Part shown: positions 8,276 through 17,729 of the stretch, one piece after another
Position numbering within the stretch: position 1 is the stretch's first letter
Layout of the letters: each line of letters starts with the position of its first letter
Source of the DNA: Chlamydiota bacterium
GTDB lineage: Bacteria; Chlamydiota; Chlamydiia; Chlamydiales; SM23-39
Assembly (NCBI GenBank): GCA_038534095.1
Contig: JBCAXK010000006.1
Location: forward strand, 1 to 56,952
DNA: 56,952 bases
Direction: 5' to 3'
The notes under the pieces: model-generated
What the model was told of the DNA's origin: nothing
Seen by the model: the letters and a program-made list of their open reading frames with translations, nothing else
Databases searched by the model: none
Program-made: the position numbers and the translations under genes

Positions 8276-10217
8276 CAAGAGCCTGGCTGCAAAAGGTTTT
8301 TGGCATACGCTTTTTTGGGAAAATGACCCAAGCTTCTCTTCTGTCCGAAGAAAGATGTGTCTTACGTTGCTTCTTTTTTTCCCATTTCTCTTGCAGATGC
8401 TCTTTTCTCTTCTGCAGCTAAGACCCTTTTTTTCTCCCATAGGACAGTGGGTTTTTGCTTCAGTACTGCAATTTTTTGTCGGCTGTTCTTTTTATCAAGG
8501 AGCTTTTTCTGCTCTTCGCCGAGGGCGACTCACGATGGATACGCTGGTTGTTTTAGGGACAAGCGCAGCGTACGCTTATAGCCTTTTCTCTTTTTTTTAT
8601 GCCCCCTCTTCTCCCCTATACTTTGATACAAACGCGTCTGTCATTACCCTCATCGTCTTTGGTCGCTTTTTAGAAAGCGTTCTTCTTTGGCAAGCAAACG
8701 CTTCGGTCAAAGAATTGCAATCCCTACAACCAGAAACAGCCCTTGTCCAAGAGGGGGAATTTTTTGTAGAAAAACAGGTCTCTTTGATTGCGGTGGGCGA
8801 GATTGTTCTTGTAAAACCTGGAGATATTGTCCCTGTCGATGGGGTTTTACTCAAAGAAAGCGCAGTTGTAAACGAGGCGATTCTCACAGGAGAAAGTGCC
8901 TTCATAGAGAAGAAAAGGGGGGACTCCGTTTTTACAGGAACGCTCAATGAGTCGAGCGCGTTTACGGTGCAAGTGACCTCTTTGGAGGGAGAGACACTTC
9001 TTGGGAAAATGATTGCCTGCGCAAACATTGCGAGCCGCTCAAAAGCTCCTGAGCAAAAGTTGGTCGATACGATTTCGGCCTATTTTGTCCCCTCTGTTCT
9101 TCTGATGAGTATTGTTGGCGCTTTTTGGGGAGCACAAGTGAGCGGCTATCATGCCCTAGAAAATGGGGTATCGGTCTTGATTATTGCTTGCCCCTGCGCC
9201 CTTGGACTGGCTACCCCCATGATCGTGTTAGTGGCGACCTTTCTTGCTGCCAAATCTGGTCTTTTGATCAAAGACATTGCTTGCCTCGAAAAAATCGCTC
9301 GGCTAGACATCATTTTTTTTGACAAAACAGGGACGCTAACCGAAGGAAAGCCTAGGTTAAGCTCGCTGCACCTCGAAGAAAAGGGGGAAATAGGCGCTCT
9401 TTATCAGCTAGCGTCCCTTTCGAATCATCCCCTTGCAAAAGCATTTGTAGAACAAGGAGAGCTGAGAAAAGATTCTCATGAAGCTGTTGAATCATTTTTT
9501 TCCGATACAGGAAGAGGGATTGAGGGAATCCTCCATGGAGGGCATTATCTCATTGGTTCAAAAGCCTATTTAGAAGAAAAAGGAGCGCGCAACATTCCGC
9601 TCGGAGACTTAACGCAAACCCACGTTTTCTTTGCAAAAAATGGAGTCTATTTAGGGGAGGCTACGTTTGTAGATGCTCCTAGAAAGGAGGCAAAAAAACT
9701 GATTGGTCTATTGAACCGTCAAGGGATACAAACAGCGATTCTATCGGGGGATGAGTCATCTGTTGTAGAAAGCATGCATACGCTTCTTGGTACAGATGCT
9801 TGTTTCTTTCGGCTCAGCCCTTCAGAAAAGGCAGAGCATGTCAAAAATGCCCAAAAAGATGGGCTTAAGGTCGCTTTTGTGGGTGATGGAGTCAATGACG
9901 CTCTTGCGTTAACCGCAGCCGATGTTGGTTTTGCTGTCTGCTTTTCTAGCGACATTGCGATGGAGTATGCGAGCGTTGCTCTCTTGCATCCAAGCATCCT
10001 TGGGATTGATACGGCCCTAAGATTAGGAAAACGGGTCAAAGTGAAAATCCTTCAGAATCTTTTTTTAGCATTTGTGTATAACGCTTTAGCCGTTCCTCTC
10101 GCTGCCTTTGGTTTTTTTCATCCTATTCTTGCCGCGCTTCTTATGGCTTGTAGCTCTTCTTCTGTCATTTTAAACGCGCTCTATTTCCGCTGGAGGGGCA
10201 TAAAACCGCACGTTTAA
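8238..10217 (+). CDS. copA: Heavy-metal (Cu+-type, P1B) P-type ATPase, no N-terminal metal-binding domain
   Basis: TGES, CPCALGLATP, DKTGTLT, SNHP, GDGVND, YN..P and MACSS. Start codon uncertain. Confidence 0.88.
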   Translation: MNKSTKKSEHLHNKSLAAKGFWHTLFWENDPSFSSVRRKMCLTLLLFFPFLLQMLFSLLQLRPFFSPIGQWVFASVLQFFVGCSFYQGAFSALRRGRLTMDTLVVLGTSAAYAYSLFSFFYAPSSPLYFDTNASVITLIVFGRFLESVLLWQANASVKELQSLQPETALVQEGEFFVEKQVSLIAVGEIVLVKPGDIVPVDGVLLKESAVVNEAILTGESAFIEKKRGDSVFTGTLNESSAFTVQVTSLEGETLLGKMIACANIASRSKAPEQKLVDTISAYFVPSVLLMSIVGAFWGAQVSGYHALENGVSVLIIACPCALGLATPMIVLVATFLAAKSGLLIKDIACLEKIARLDIIFFDKTGTLTEGKPRLSSLHLEEKGEIGALYQLASLSNHPLAKAFVEQGELRKDSHEAVESFFSDTGRGIEGILHGGHYLIGSKAYLEEKGARNIPLGDLTQTHVFFAKNGVYLGEATFVDAPRKEAKKLIGLLNRQGIQTAILSGDESSVVESMHTLLGTDACFFRLSPSEKAEHVKNAQKDGLKVAFVGDGVNDALALTAADVGFAVCFSSDIAMEYASVALLHPSILGIDTALRLGKRVKVKILQNLFLAFVYNALAVPLAAFGFFHPILAALLMACSSSSVILNALYFRWRGIKPHV

Positions 10218-10265
10218 ATAAGCGGCTCTCTTATCCTGACCAAAATATCCTAGGGAAAAACCGAG

Positions 10266-10541
10266 TTATCGATTTTGGCTCTTTGGCGCAGAAATGTATT
10301 GCAGGGAGATCTCTGAAATGGACTCCACAGGTTGGATAAACGTATAGGGAAACATCGATTTACCTCCTAGAAAAAAGCTCTTTCTACCTACCGTTGCTCG
10401 CAAAACCCCTACGACTTTTATGCGAGTTTTTTCAGGAAAAATGACATCTCCTGTAGAAATATATCTTGAGAAAAACCTCTTCTTGAAAAACTTTTTTGGT
10501 ATAAAATCCTCTACTTTGTAAAAATCTTTCTTGGCATCCAC
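10266..10541 (-). CDS. Small hypothetical protein
   Basis: 91-codon ORF in the gap between copA and kinase 1; no motif. Confidence 0.3.
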   Translation of the reverse strand: MDAKKDFYKVEDFIPKKFFKKRFFSRYISTGDVIFPEKTRIKVVGVLRATVGRKSFFLGGKSMFPYTFIQPVESISEISLQYISAPKSQNR

Positions 10542-10688
10542 GCTTCTTTAGAGAAATTACAGACGCACTTTGCAACGCAAAAGAGCTAAAAGCTTCAAGC
10601 AGGGAAAAACAGGATGCTGCAATCGATTTCTTCTACGTTCTAAGATACCCGTTCTTTTAGGAAGAATGTCTAGTAGTAGAGTGAGATC

Positions 10689-12395
10689 ATGCCTAGTAAA
10701 ACACATAGAAAATATTTGGTGCATATGGTTTATATACCGATAGTTGTCAGAGGTACGGACGATTTTAAAAGAGAGAGGAAGTTCTTTGAAGAAAAAGAGC
10801 TACATTTTTTTAACCGTATTTATGATCTGTACCATAAAACACTTCTCAACACCCTATTTGAAAGTGCCAACCTCTTTGTCAAAGTATATCAAGCAGCGAA
10901 TCATAAGATAACAAAACTGGAGAGCTGTACACCAAACAAAATTTCTCCTGACCAGGAAACGTATCTAAAAACCGTTGCACGCAATCTATTCCTCGACAAC
11001 ATTTGGACAGCTGTCTTCTTCAAATCCTCAAAGAATCCGCGTGCAAAAAAGGAGATTTTTTTCGATGAGTTCAAGAAGAGCGTAAATGTTCGAGAAGCGC
11101 AAAAAAATTCATCTCTACCGATACGATCTTCTGAACACAAACAGCCCTCTATAAGCTTAGTAAGTGGTGGAAACAACTGCTTTGATTGTCAAGAGCTTAT
11201 CAAGCTGTCTCGTAGTAAGAATTGTACCGTTGGGGGAAACAGGACGGACTTAAAAAAAATTTACGCCGATGTCGAAACTGAAAATTGGCTCGTAAATAAA
11301 CGCCCCCAAAAGCGTATTGGGATAGGAGCAAATGGAGTTGTTTTTTTATGCGATAGTGGCGCTTTTGGGGGGAAGCTTATTGTAGTAAAAACGGGTTTGC
11401 ATCGAAGGAGCCAGCCTTCTGTGCAACGAAAGATCGATATGCTCAATGAGCTAAAAAAGCATACTATTCCTAACCTAAGCCAAGTATTTGATACTCACGT
11501 AGGTCTTGGGAGGTGGGCTGCCGCGTTCACTACCATATCTACAGAAAATTTACTACACGTTTTAGCAAAGCGTTTTCTTACTTACGAAGAATGGTCGCGG
11601 ATCCTCAAGGAAGCCGCAAAAGCTGTTGCGGCAATGCATAAGAGAAAACTGATTCATGGAGACCTAAAACCTAGCAACGTGGTCTATAATCCGAAGCGCC
11701 AACTCGTTCAAGTCATTGATACAGAAGAAAGCCGCCGCGCCGGTACATCTTGGATAAGAATGGGAACTCCTGGCTATCGTCCATGGGAGTATGTTCTTAC
11801 AAAAGCTGCTCCTGGGCCTGAGTTTGACATGTGCTCTTTTGCCTTCTTTGCTTATGTAGCGTGGACCGGAAGAAAGGGTATTTCTATAGATAAACTACTC
11901 GCAAAGAAACTGACCGAAGAGAGTCTTTCAGACGCTTCTATTAAGGCATATCTAGGCATTTGGAAAGAATTTTTGACGCGCAATCAGTGGATAGAACTAC
12001 AACAAGAAATTTCATTAGAACAAAGAAAGATAGCAGTTAGGCTCGGGCCAAAGCAGCCAGAGTCTTGGTCTTGGAAGAACGAAGTCCACCGCTTTGAAGA
12101 AAAAGGAAATACGCCGGTATCTAGGATCATTGAAGCGTGTTTGAAAATTTGTCCACAAGAGCGTATTTCAGCAGCCGGTCTTGTGAAGATGATTGAGGAA
12201 GAGAGCAAGTCTGCGATAAAATTTTCTGAGGATTCTAAAAGCTTAAGTATTTCGGAAGAAAAACAGAAAATAGCGGAGATACCTCAAAACGAACATCGAG
12301 CTGGTTTCTTTTCCCGTGTATATCAATATGTTTGCTGTTTCGGAGGTGGGAATAAACCAAATAGCTCTCAAAATAATCAGCTACTTTCTTTCTAA
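10689..12395 (+). CDS. Atypical Hanks-type Ser/Thr protein kinase with ~200-aa N-terminal extension (candidate effector)
   Basis: IGIGANGVVF, VVK, HGDLKPSN, VIDTEES, GTPGYRPWE, FDMCSF and CPQERISA. Confidence 0.88.
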   Translation: MPSKTHRKYLVHMVYIPIVVRGTDDFKRERKFFEEKELHFFNRIYDLYHKTLLNTLFESANLFVKVYQAANHKITKLESCTPNKISPDQETYLKTVARNLFLDNIWTAVFFKSSKNPRAKKEIFFDEFKKSVNVREAQKNSSLPIRSSEHKQPSISLVSGGNNCFDCQELIKLSRSKNCTVGGNRTDLKKIYADVETENWLVNKRPQKRIGIGANGVVFLCDSGAFGGKLIVVKTGLHRRSQPSVQRKIDMLNELKKHTIPNLSQVFDTHVGLGRWAAAFTTISTENLLHVLAKRFLTYEEWSRILKEAAKAVAAMHKRKLIHGDLKPSNVVYNPKRQLVQVIDTEESRRAGTSWIRMGTPGYRPWEYVLTKAAPGPEFDMCSFAFFAYVAWTGRKGISIDKLLAKKLTEESLSDASIKAYLGIWKEFLTRNQWIELQQEISLEQRKIAVRLGPKQPESWSWKNEVHRFEEKGNTPVSRIIEACLKICPQERISAAGLVKMIEEESKSAIKFSEDSKSLSISEEKQKIAEIPQNEHRAGFFSRVYQYVCCFGGGNKPNSSQNNQLLSF

Positions 12396-13067
12396 CTTTA
12401 GGTATTTTGGACAATTTTTCCAACCTAAGTGGAAAAATCTTCCCCTAGGGATTTGATGGAAACAGAATTCTTCGTTAGGAGTAAGCGAAGAACGCTAGCA
12501 ACGATCTCGTCAGACACGCTACTCATAGGAAATGGCGCAGGCCCTTGCTACAAGCGAGACTTTTTTATCATCAAGGCTTCTCTCAGAGACGTTCTATTCA
12601 AATGGTTTTTTGAGGATTTGCTTTTCTACAAAGTTTCCGAAAAGGTCTTTTGCAAGAATGGCGTGCATTACACCTGCGGAATCTAGCATTTACCCCAATC
12701 CTCTTTTGAACCATATATTGAGGTGTTTAGATTGCTCAGCTAGGGAACCTTGTCTATGATTTCATGCAATATAGGAAGTGATCTGATCATGATTCACATC
12801 TCAAGAAATTCGCATGTTTACAGTTTGCTAAAAACCTTTTTTAGTGTAAAATTTCTCTTTTTGAAAAATTCTCGCGCAGGCTCTTTCCCTTTCTAAAAAA
12901 AACCTAGAAGGGTACTTCCAGGAAATATAACAAAAGGATGCAGCTGCTTATCTACAGTAAAAAGGCTGGTAACGAGGGACTAATGATCTTCTATCAAGGC
13001 GTGTAGTTGTTTGTAGAGCGCGTCTCTCTAAAAAAAGCAATTAGGGATAACAAAAAATGAGGCGAGT

Positions 13068-14708
13068 TTGATTTTTAGACCAGTATCTACGCCCACTATC
13101 GAGCACTTCTGGCGATGTCTAAATGCTGACTACAAAAAACACCCTACGCTCGCGCAGGATCAGACTGATGAAAAAGATTCTAAATTTTTATGGCAGATTG
13201 CTAATAAGTATAAAGAACCATTTCTCAATACCACATTTCGAAGCGCGCATTTTTGTTTGACCGAATATACGCGTCTGAATGGTGAAATACATCTCCTGAA
13301 GAGTAAACCTCCACACGAAATTCCTCCTCAGCGAGAAAACCAGTTAAAAACTCTAGTAAAGAATGTGCTGATGAAGACCTTTCGGCAAGTCTATTTTTCG
13401 AAAGCTCGAGGGATGTATTGGCATCGCATTTCTTTTGATCAAGGCATGCAAGGCATTCATAGTCAAAGAGCAGAAAAAAATGTGGCGCCTTCAAGCGAAT
13501 TTTCTAAGGAAAAAGACCATGAGCGGATCTTAGCAGATGCAACACAGTGTTTTGATTCTACACAATTACGCGAGTTGTGTCAGCGTACACGGTTCCAAAT
13601 ATCAGAAGAAAAGATCAGTTTCAAAGATCTTGCGACTCAAGGCGAAATAGACCGGTGGCTTATTGAGCAAAATCCTGAAAAGTGTATTGGAACAGGGGCT
13701 AATGGAGGCGTTTTTTTATGCCAAATGGATCGTCTTGATTACAAAGAGAAAAACCTTACAAAGCGCGCCAGAAGCAAGGATAGTCAAGCAGTCGATTGGC
13801 GCAAAATGGGTAGTTTTAATAAACAGATCCGCTTTGTCGTAAAGGTGAGTTCTTATGAACTCCGTCAACAATCTGCGAAAAGAAAAACCGACACATTGGA
13901 TTGGATAAAAAAGCATGTTGCTTCTCGTAATGTAAATAAGGTGATCGACATCCGTTTAGGTATTGGCAGGTGGGCAGCGAAGCTTGAGATGCCGTGCAAG
14001 CAAAATTTACGCACGTTTTTAGACAACTATGTCGTGGATTACAGGGATTTTTTATGGATTATTGGAGAGATAGCATCAGGCCTTGCAGCAATGCATAAGG
14101 CAAAGGTAGTTCATGGAGATATAAAAGGTGGGAATATACTGTATGGTCGGAAGATCACCATTGTTGACCTAGAAGATAGCTACTTGGTAGAGCAGCATGT
14201 TTGGAGGAGAATAGGAACTCCTGGCTATCGTCCTTGGGAGCACATCATCAAAAGTGCTCCGATAGCTGTTTCTTTCGATGTGTGGTCTTTGGGGGTGCTT
14301 GCCTTTGAGGTGCTTTCAAGACAGCGTGCTATTAGTATACCAAGGACATTAAGGAAGAAATTAAATCGAAAAAGGATCGGGGAGAGTGATATGCTCCAAT
14401 ATCTTGGTCTTTGGCAAAAATTCTTGCCAATCGATTCATGGCTTGAGCTCAAAAAAAAGCTAAGAGCTTGTTCCAACCTAACGACAATCAGTGGATCCGC
14501 GCCAAATAAAGAATCCCCTATTTATTGGATAAATCATTTGCCTAAATTTGAAGAAAAACCGCGGGAGAACATATCTAAAATCATTGGGAGTTGTTTAGCG
14601 ATCTCGCCGGAAAACCGCATTTCAGCAGCGAACCTTGTAAAGATGATTCATGGAATGAGCTGCTCCATAAGTGATATGGGGATTCCTCCGGAAAAAAAGA
14701 ATATGTAG
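13068..14708 (+). CDS. Atypical Hanks-type Ser/Thr protein kinase, paralog of 10689..12395
   Basis: IGTGANGGVF, VVK, HGDIKGGN, IVDLEDS, GTPGYRPWE, FDVWSLG and SPENRISA. The N-terminal region aligns with kinase 1. Confidence 0.88.
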   Translation: MIFRPVSTPTIEHFWRCLNADYKKHPTLAQDQTDEKDSKFLWQIANKYKEPFLNTTFRSAHFCLTEYTRLNGEIHLLKSKPPHEIPPQRENQLKTLVKNVLMKTFRQVYFSKARGMYWHRISFDQGMQGIHSQRAEKNVAPSSEFSKEKDHERILADATQCFDSTQLRELCQRTRFQISEEKISFKDLATQGEIDRWLIEQNPEKCIGTGANGGVFLCQMDRLDYKEKNLTKRARSKDSQAVDWRKMGSFNKQIRFVVKVSSYELRQQSAKRKTDTLDWIKKHVASRNVNKVIDIRLGIGRWAAKLEMPCKQNLRTFLDNYVVDYRDFLWIIGEIASGLAAMHKAKVVHGDIKGGNILYGRKITIVDLEDSYLVEQHVWRRIGTPGYRPWEHIIKSAPIAVSFDVWSLGVLAFEVLSRQRAISIPRTLRKKLNRKRIGESDMLQYLGLWQKFLPIDSWLELKKKLRACSNLTTISGSAPNKESPIYWINHLPKFEEKPRENISKIIGSCLAISPENRISAANLVKMIHGMSCSISDMGIPPEKKNM

Positions 14709-15004
14709 CGCTTTTTTGTGAGAAGAACGTTGCAGGTGAAAAAGGTGCTGCCAGTATTTGTGAAAAAAAATAGGATCGAGTCATTTCCTCTCCTTGATAA
14801 AACTGTTTCATCCGAAAAATAGAGCCGATAGCTAAGGATTCGTCACAATTTAGCCACTTACTATGGGATTTTTTTCCATCAATCTGCGCCTTTCTTCTTG
14901 AGAAAGGTGTTCTAAGAGCTAGTTTAGATAAAGCCTGATTTCTTTTTTTATTCCAGTTCGTCGAGGATAGGCAGAAAAGGTGGTATGCTTTATACTCATT
15001 TTTT

Positions 15005-15649
15005 ATGATTTCCTGGCTTTCGAAAAATCTTTCTTTTGTGTGTTTAGGTATTTTTTCTCTATTTACGCTGCTCGCTATTCGGCATTTTCGCATGCCTTCA
15101 GAAAAAGCGCTTGCCGAGAAAGGGGTACAAATTGCGCCCCTATTTGAAACCTGGCGCCAAAATCCAGGAGAAACAGAAATCGCGCAGGCTCTCACAAAGA
15201 CCTTAGAGGAGTTTCCAGATGAGCGCCCCTTGTATGAGGCGAGAATGGGACAAGTCGTTATGGAAAAAGGGCTTGCTTTTCCCGGCTATCAGCCTATTGA
15301 AGCTTCTTTACAACGAATCGGGCGAGCACTTCCTCTGTACGCTTTTTTTGCAGAAAGCTGCGTAGCGATCAGTCATGGAGATCAATCCCTTGCTCTCAAA
15401 AAACTGCTCTCCTTAGAGCAAGATCCTGATTTAGAAAAAGAGCCTCTTTTAAGAGAACTGGTATTGCTTGAAATCCTTGCGCTACAAGAGCGAGATGGGC
15501 GCGTGGACCGTAAACTCATTCTTAATTTAGAGGATCTTGTAAAAAAAGAGGTAGGAGAGGCCCCTTCTTGCGTCTCTGTTTTAGGAAAAGCTCCTCTTCT
15601 CCAATACCTAACTTTGTTAGAAGAAAGGACTACTGGGGGTCGCTCGTAA
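15005..15649 (+). CDS. Hypothetical protein with N-terminal TM anchor, helical
   Basis: 214 aa; single hydrophobic segment near residues 10-26. Confidence 0.7.
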   Translation: MISWLSKNLSFVCLGIFSLFTLLAIRHFRMPSEKALAEKGVQIAPLFETWRQNPGETEIAQALTKTLEEFPDERPLYEARMGQVVMEKGLAFPGYQPIEASLQRIGRALPLYAFFAESCVAISHGDQSLALKKLLSLEQDPDLEKEPLLRELVLLEILALQERDGRVDRKLILNLEDLVKKEVGEAPSCVSVLGKAPLLQYLTLLEERTTGGRS

Positions 15650-16022
15650 AAGAGTGAAAGCCGATGCCGGCGTGCAGCCCTATAGCTCCAAATACGATAA
15701 ATGGTAGAAAAATCGCTATCGCTACGCGTACAACACCTACGATAATTTGAGTTGTTCTATCTTGTTTATGGACAAGATCAGACACTTTTTTTCCAAGCTT
15801 TTTCGTATTTTCTGGAATAAGTAAAGAGACAATTGCGCCTAAGGATCCAAAGAATAAGCTCCATCCAGGTCCTGTGAAAAAATGAAAAACACTTGAGAAA
15901 AAGGCGATGATCAGGGCAAGTACAATAAATAGTTCTGTAGTGTATTTTTTTGCAAAATCTTCAATCTCTTGGACAGAAACGCCCTCTTTGATTTTTTTCG
16001 ACAGTTTCTCTTTTTGTTCCAT
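15630..16022 (-). CDS. Small membrane protein (3-4 TM)
   Basis: ATG at 16022 with a GAGGAG SD; several hydrophobic segments. Confidence 0.75.
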   Translation of the reverse strand: MEQKEKLSKKIKEGVSVQEIEDFAKKYTTELFIVLALIIAFFSSVFHFFTGPGWSLFFGSLGAIVSLLIPENTKKLGKKVSDLVHKQDRTTQIIVGVVRVAIAIFLPFIVFGAIGLHAGIGFHSFTSDPQ

Positions 16023-16204
16023 AGCTTTCTCCTCGCTTCTTTGCTTCAATCTCTAGCGCTCAATTCTCTTTTCTTTCAGATTAAAGCCCACCTAAGCTCA
16101 ATCTACAATAGGTAAGTTTTTTTTGCAATCCCCCCTTCTCTTTCGTTCTATTCAGGATGAGAAGTATGTCTTGATTGGTGCGTAATTTATTGTAAATACT
16201 TTGT

Positions 16205-16217
16205 AATCAATTAATTA
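16205..16217 (+). promoter_or_regulatory. Possible IHF site
   Basis: AATCAATTAATTA matches WATCAANNNNTTR in the AT-rich divergent spacer upstream of the T2SS cluster. Short motif; could be chance. Confidence 0.3.
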
Positions 16218-16535
16218 TGTTTTTTTACAAGGCTGCCTTATAGAAGTACTCCCACCGTTTTTGCCTAAGCGCAGATTCATGAAAAATCCCGATATGATCG
16301 CAATAGCTCGTAGGTCCATGTTTTGATGCGCACGGGAGACTCTCGTGAACAAGTACATCAACGCAGAAGCCAGTGCTCGATTTTGGTTTCTATTATGGGC
16401 TGTTGTTTCTTACCATCCAACTTGTTCTCTTAAAGAAAATTATCTAAGAGCCTTCTTTGTTTTTTTTTTCTAATGTCTTAAAGTTGTTTCGTTCATTTGA
16501 TCATTAGCATGAGGCTTTTTTTGCAGAAAACATAC

Positions 16536-17729
16536 ATGAAATGGCTTTTCATTAGCGCAATTTTTCTTTTTACTATTTTGACAGGAAGTACTTATTTCCT
16601 TGCTGAAAAGCAGGAGACAATGGGGAATAAAATAGCAGCGTCTTTGAAAAAAGAGGGGGCAGAAATGCCGCCTCTAGCGCCTCTAAAAAGTTCCCTTTTT
16701 TTCCATGCTGCTAAGAAAACTCTATTGAGCGCTCCAAATTTTCAAACAGAGTTAAGCGCCCGTTATATTCCTCCAAAACCGGGAACTCTTGAGGGCTATT
16801 TTGAGATCAGTATTGGAGAGTCGGGCATCACAAGACGGACTGAATGGGGTCAGCCAATGTACTTTGGTTATGAGGAAAACCTTCATAAGAAGGGGTACCA
16901 TCTTTGTTTTCAAGACAAGAGCGACTTTTCTCTGCATCCGCTATGCTTTGAGGAGGGCTTTTTGCTTTTGCATCCTCAACTTGATACAAATGGATTGCCT
17001 TTAGGGAATTACGCACCAAAAATCTGGCGACTTCCTGTAAAAAAGCCTAGTATATTCACTCGATCGAGCACAAAAACTTTTTCCGAAGCCCATGTTTTTC
17101 TAGGAGGCGCTTATCTCGGAGATGATCTATTTGAAGAAGAGTTTCGGGGACAAAAAAGCTCTTGGATTGTTCTTGCTAAGGGAGATCTACTCAAAGTAGA
17201 GCTTGGAAATGTGTTTGCCCGGAATAGGGATCTTTGGACAAAAGTATTTTCGACCGATCAGTGTGAAAATCGGGCCGTTTTCCGTCTTCAATCGGTCAGC
17301 CCTTCTAAGGTAACCTGCGAAGTTTGGGACTCTGCTGGAGAAAGTTACGCTCGATTTTTCCTTCCAAGAAAGCAGGAGCGCCCCTTTTCCTATCCGGTAG
17401 GTTCCCTTGTTGGCGAAGTCTATCTGAAAACTCCAAGGAAGGTGGAGGTGTTTCTTGAAGGAGCTTCCATGATCATGAACCAGGGAAGTTGGGCAGTAAA
17501 AATAGGCGATGATTGGAGAAAGGTGAGCCCAGATGAAAACATCGATCAGCTTACGCAGAAGCACGTTACTTTTTTTTTACATAGAATCTATAAAAAAGAA
17601 AGAAAAAAGTGGCTTTCTGGTAGACTTTACTCGCCTCTTAGGACAACCTCTTTTCATGTTAAAACGGAGATACGATACAACAATCACAAAACCGCTCGCA
17701 AACCCGCTACGAAGAGAATTCAACGATGA
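16536..17729 (+). CDS. Chlamydial T2SS-associated protein directly upstream of gspD (positional equivalent of C. trachomatis CT573)
   Basis: About 400 aa with an N-terminal TM; ATGA overlap with gspD. Identification is by synteny only. Confidence 0.6.
   Translation: MKWLFISAIFLFTILTGSTYFLAEKQETMGNKIAASLKKEGAEMPPLAPLKSSLFFHAAKKTLLSAPNFQTELSARYIPPKPGTLEGYFEISIGESGITRRTEWGQPMYFGYEENLHKKGYHLCFQDKSDFSLHPLCFEEGFLLLHPQLDTNGLPLGNYAPKIWRLPVKKPSIFTRSSTKTFSEAHVFLGGAYLGDDLFEEEFRGQKSSWIVLAKGDLLKVELGNVFARNRDLWTKVFSTDQCENRAVFRLQSVSPSKVTCEVWDSAGESYARFFLPRKQERPFSYPVGSLVGEVYLKTPRKVEVFLEGASMIMNQGSWAVKIGDDWRKVSPDENIDQLTQKHVTFFLHRIYKKERKKWLSGRLYSPLRTTSFHVKTEIRYNNHKTARKPATKRIQR

Noticed and set aside
12429-12759. 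Short ORFs between the two kinases as a third kinase remnant or partner protein
   Set aside because: Only LIGNGAG loosely resembles a Gly loop. No other motif or good SD supports it.
10600-12960. Shared AGGATGCnGC motif upstream of both kinases
   Set aside because: Only about 9 matching bases at different distances from the starts; not distinguishable from chance or duplication residue.
14581-15195. 204-aa minus-strand ORF
   Set aside because: Overlaps two better-supported plus-strand genes and has no motif; treated as a shadow ORF, like most short antisense ORFs in the track.
16177-16225. GGTGCG..TTATGT resembling a dif site
   Set aside because: Spacing and the XerD arm do not fit the 11-6-11 dif layout.
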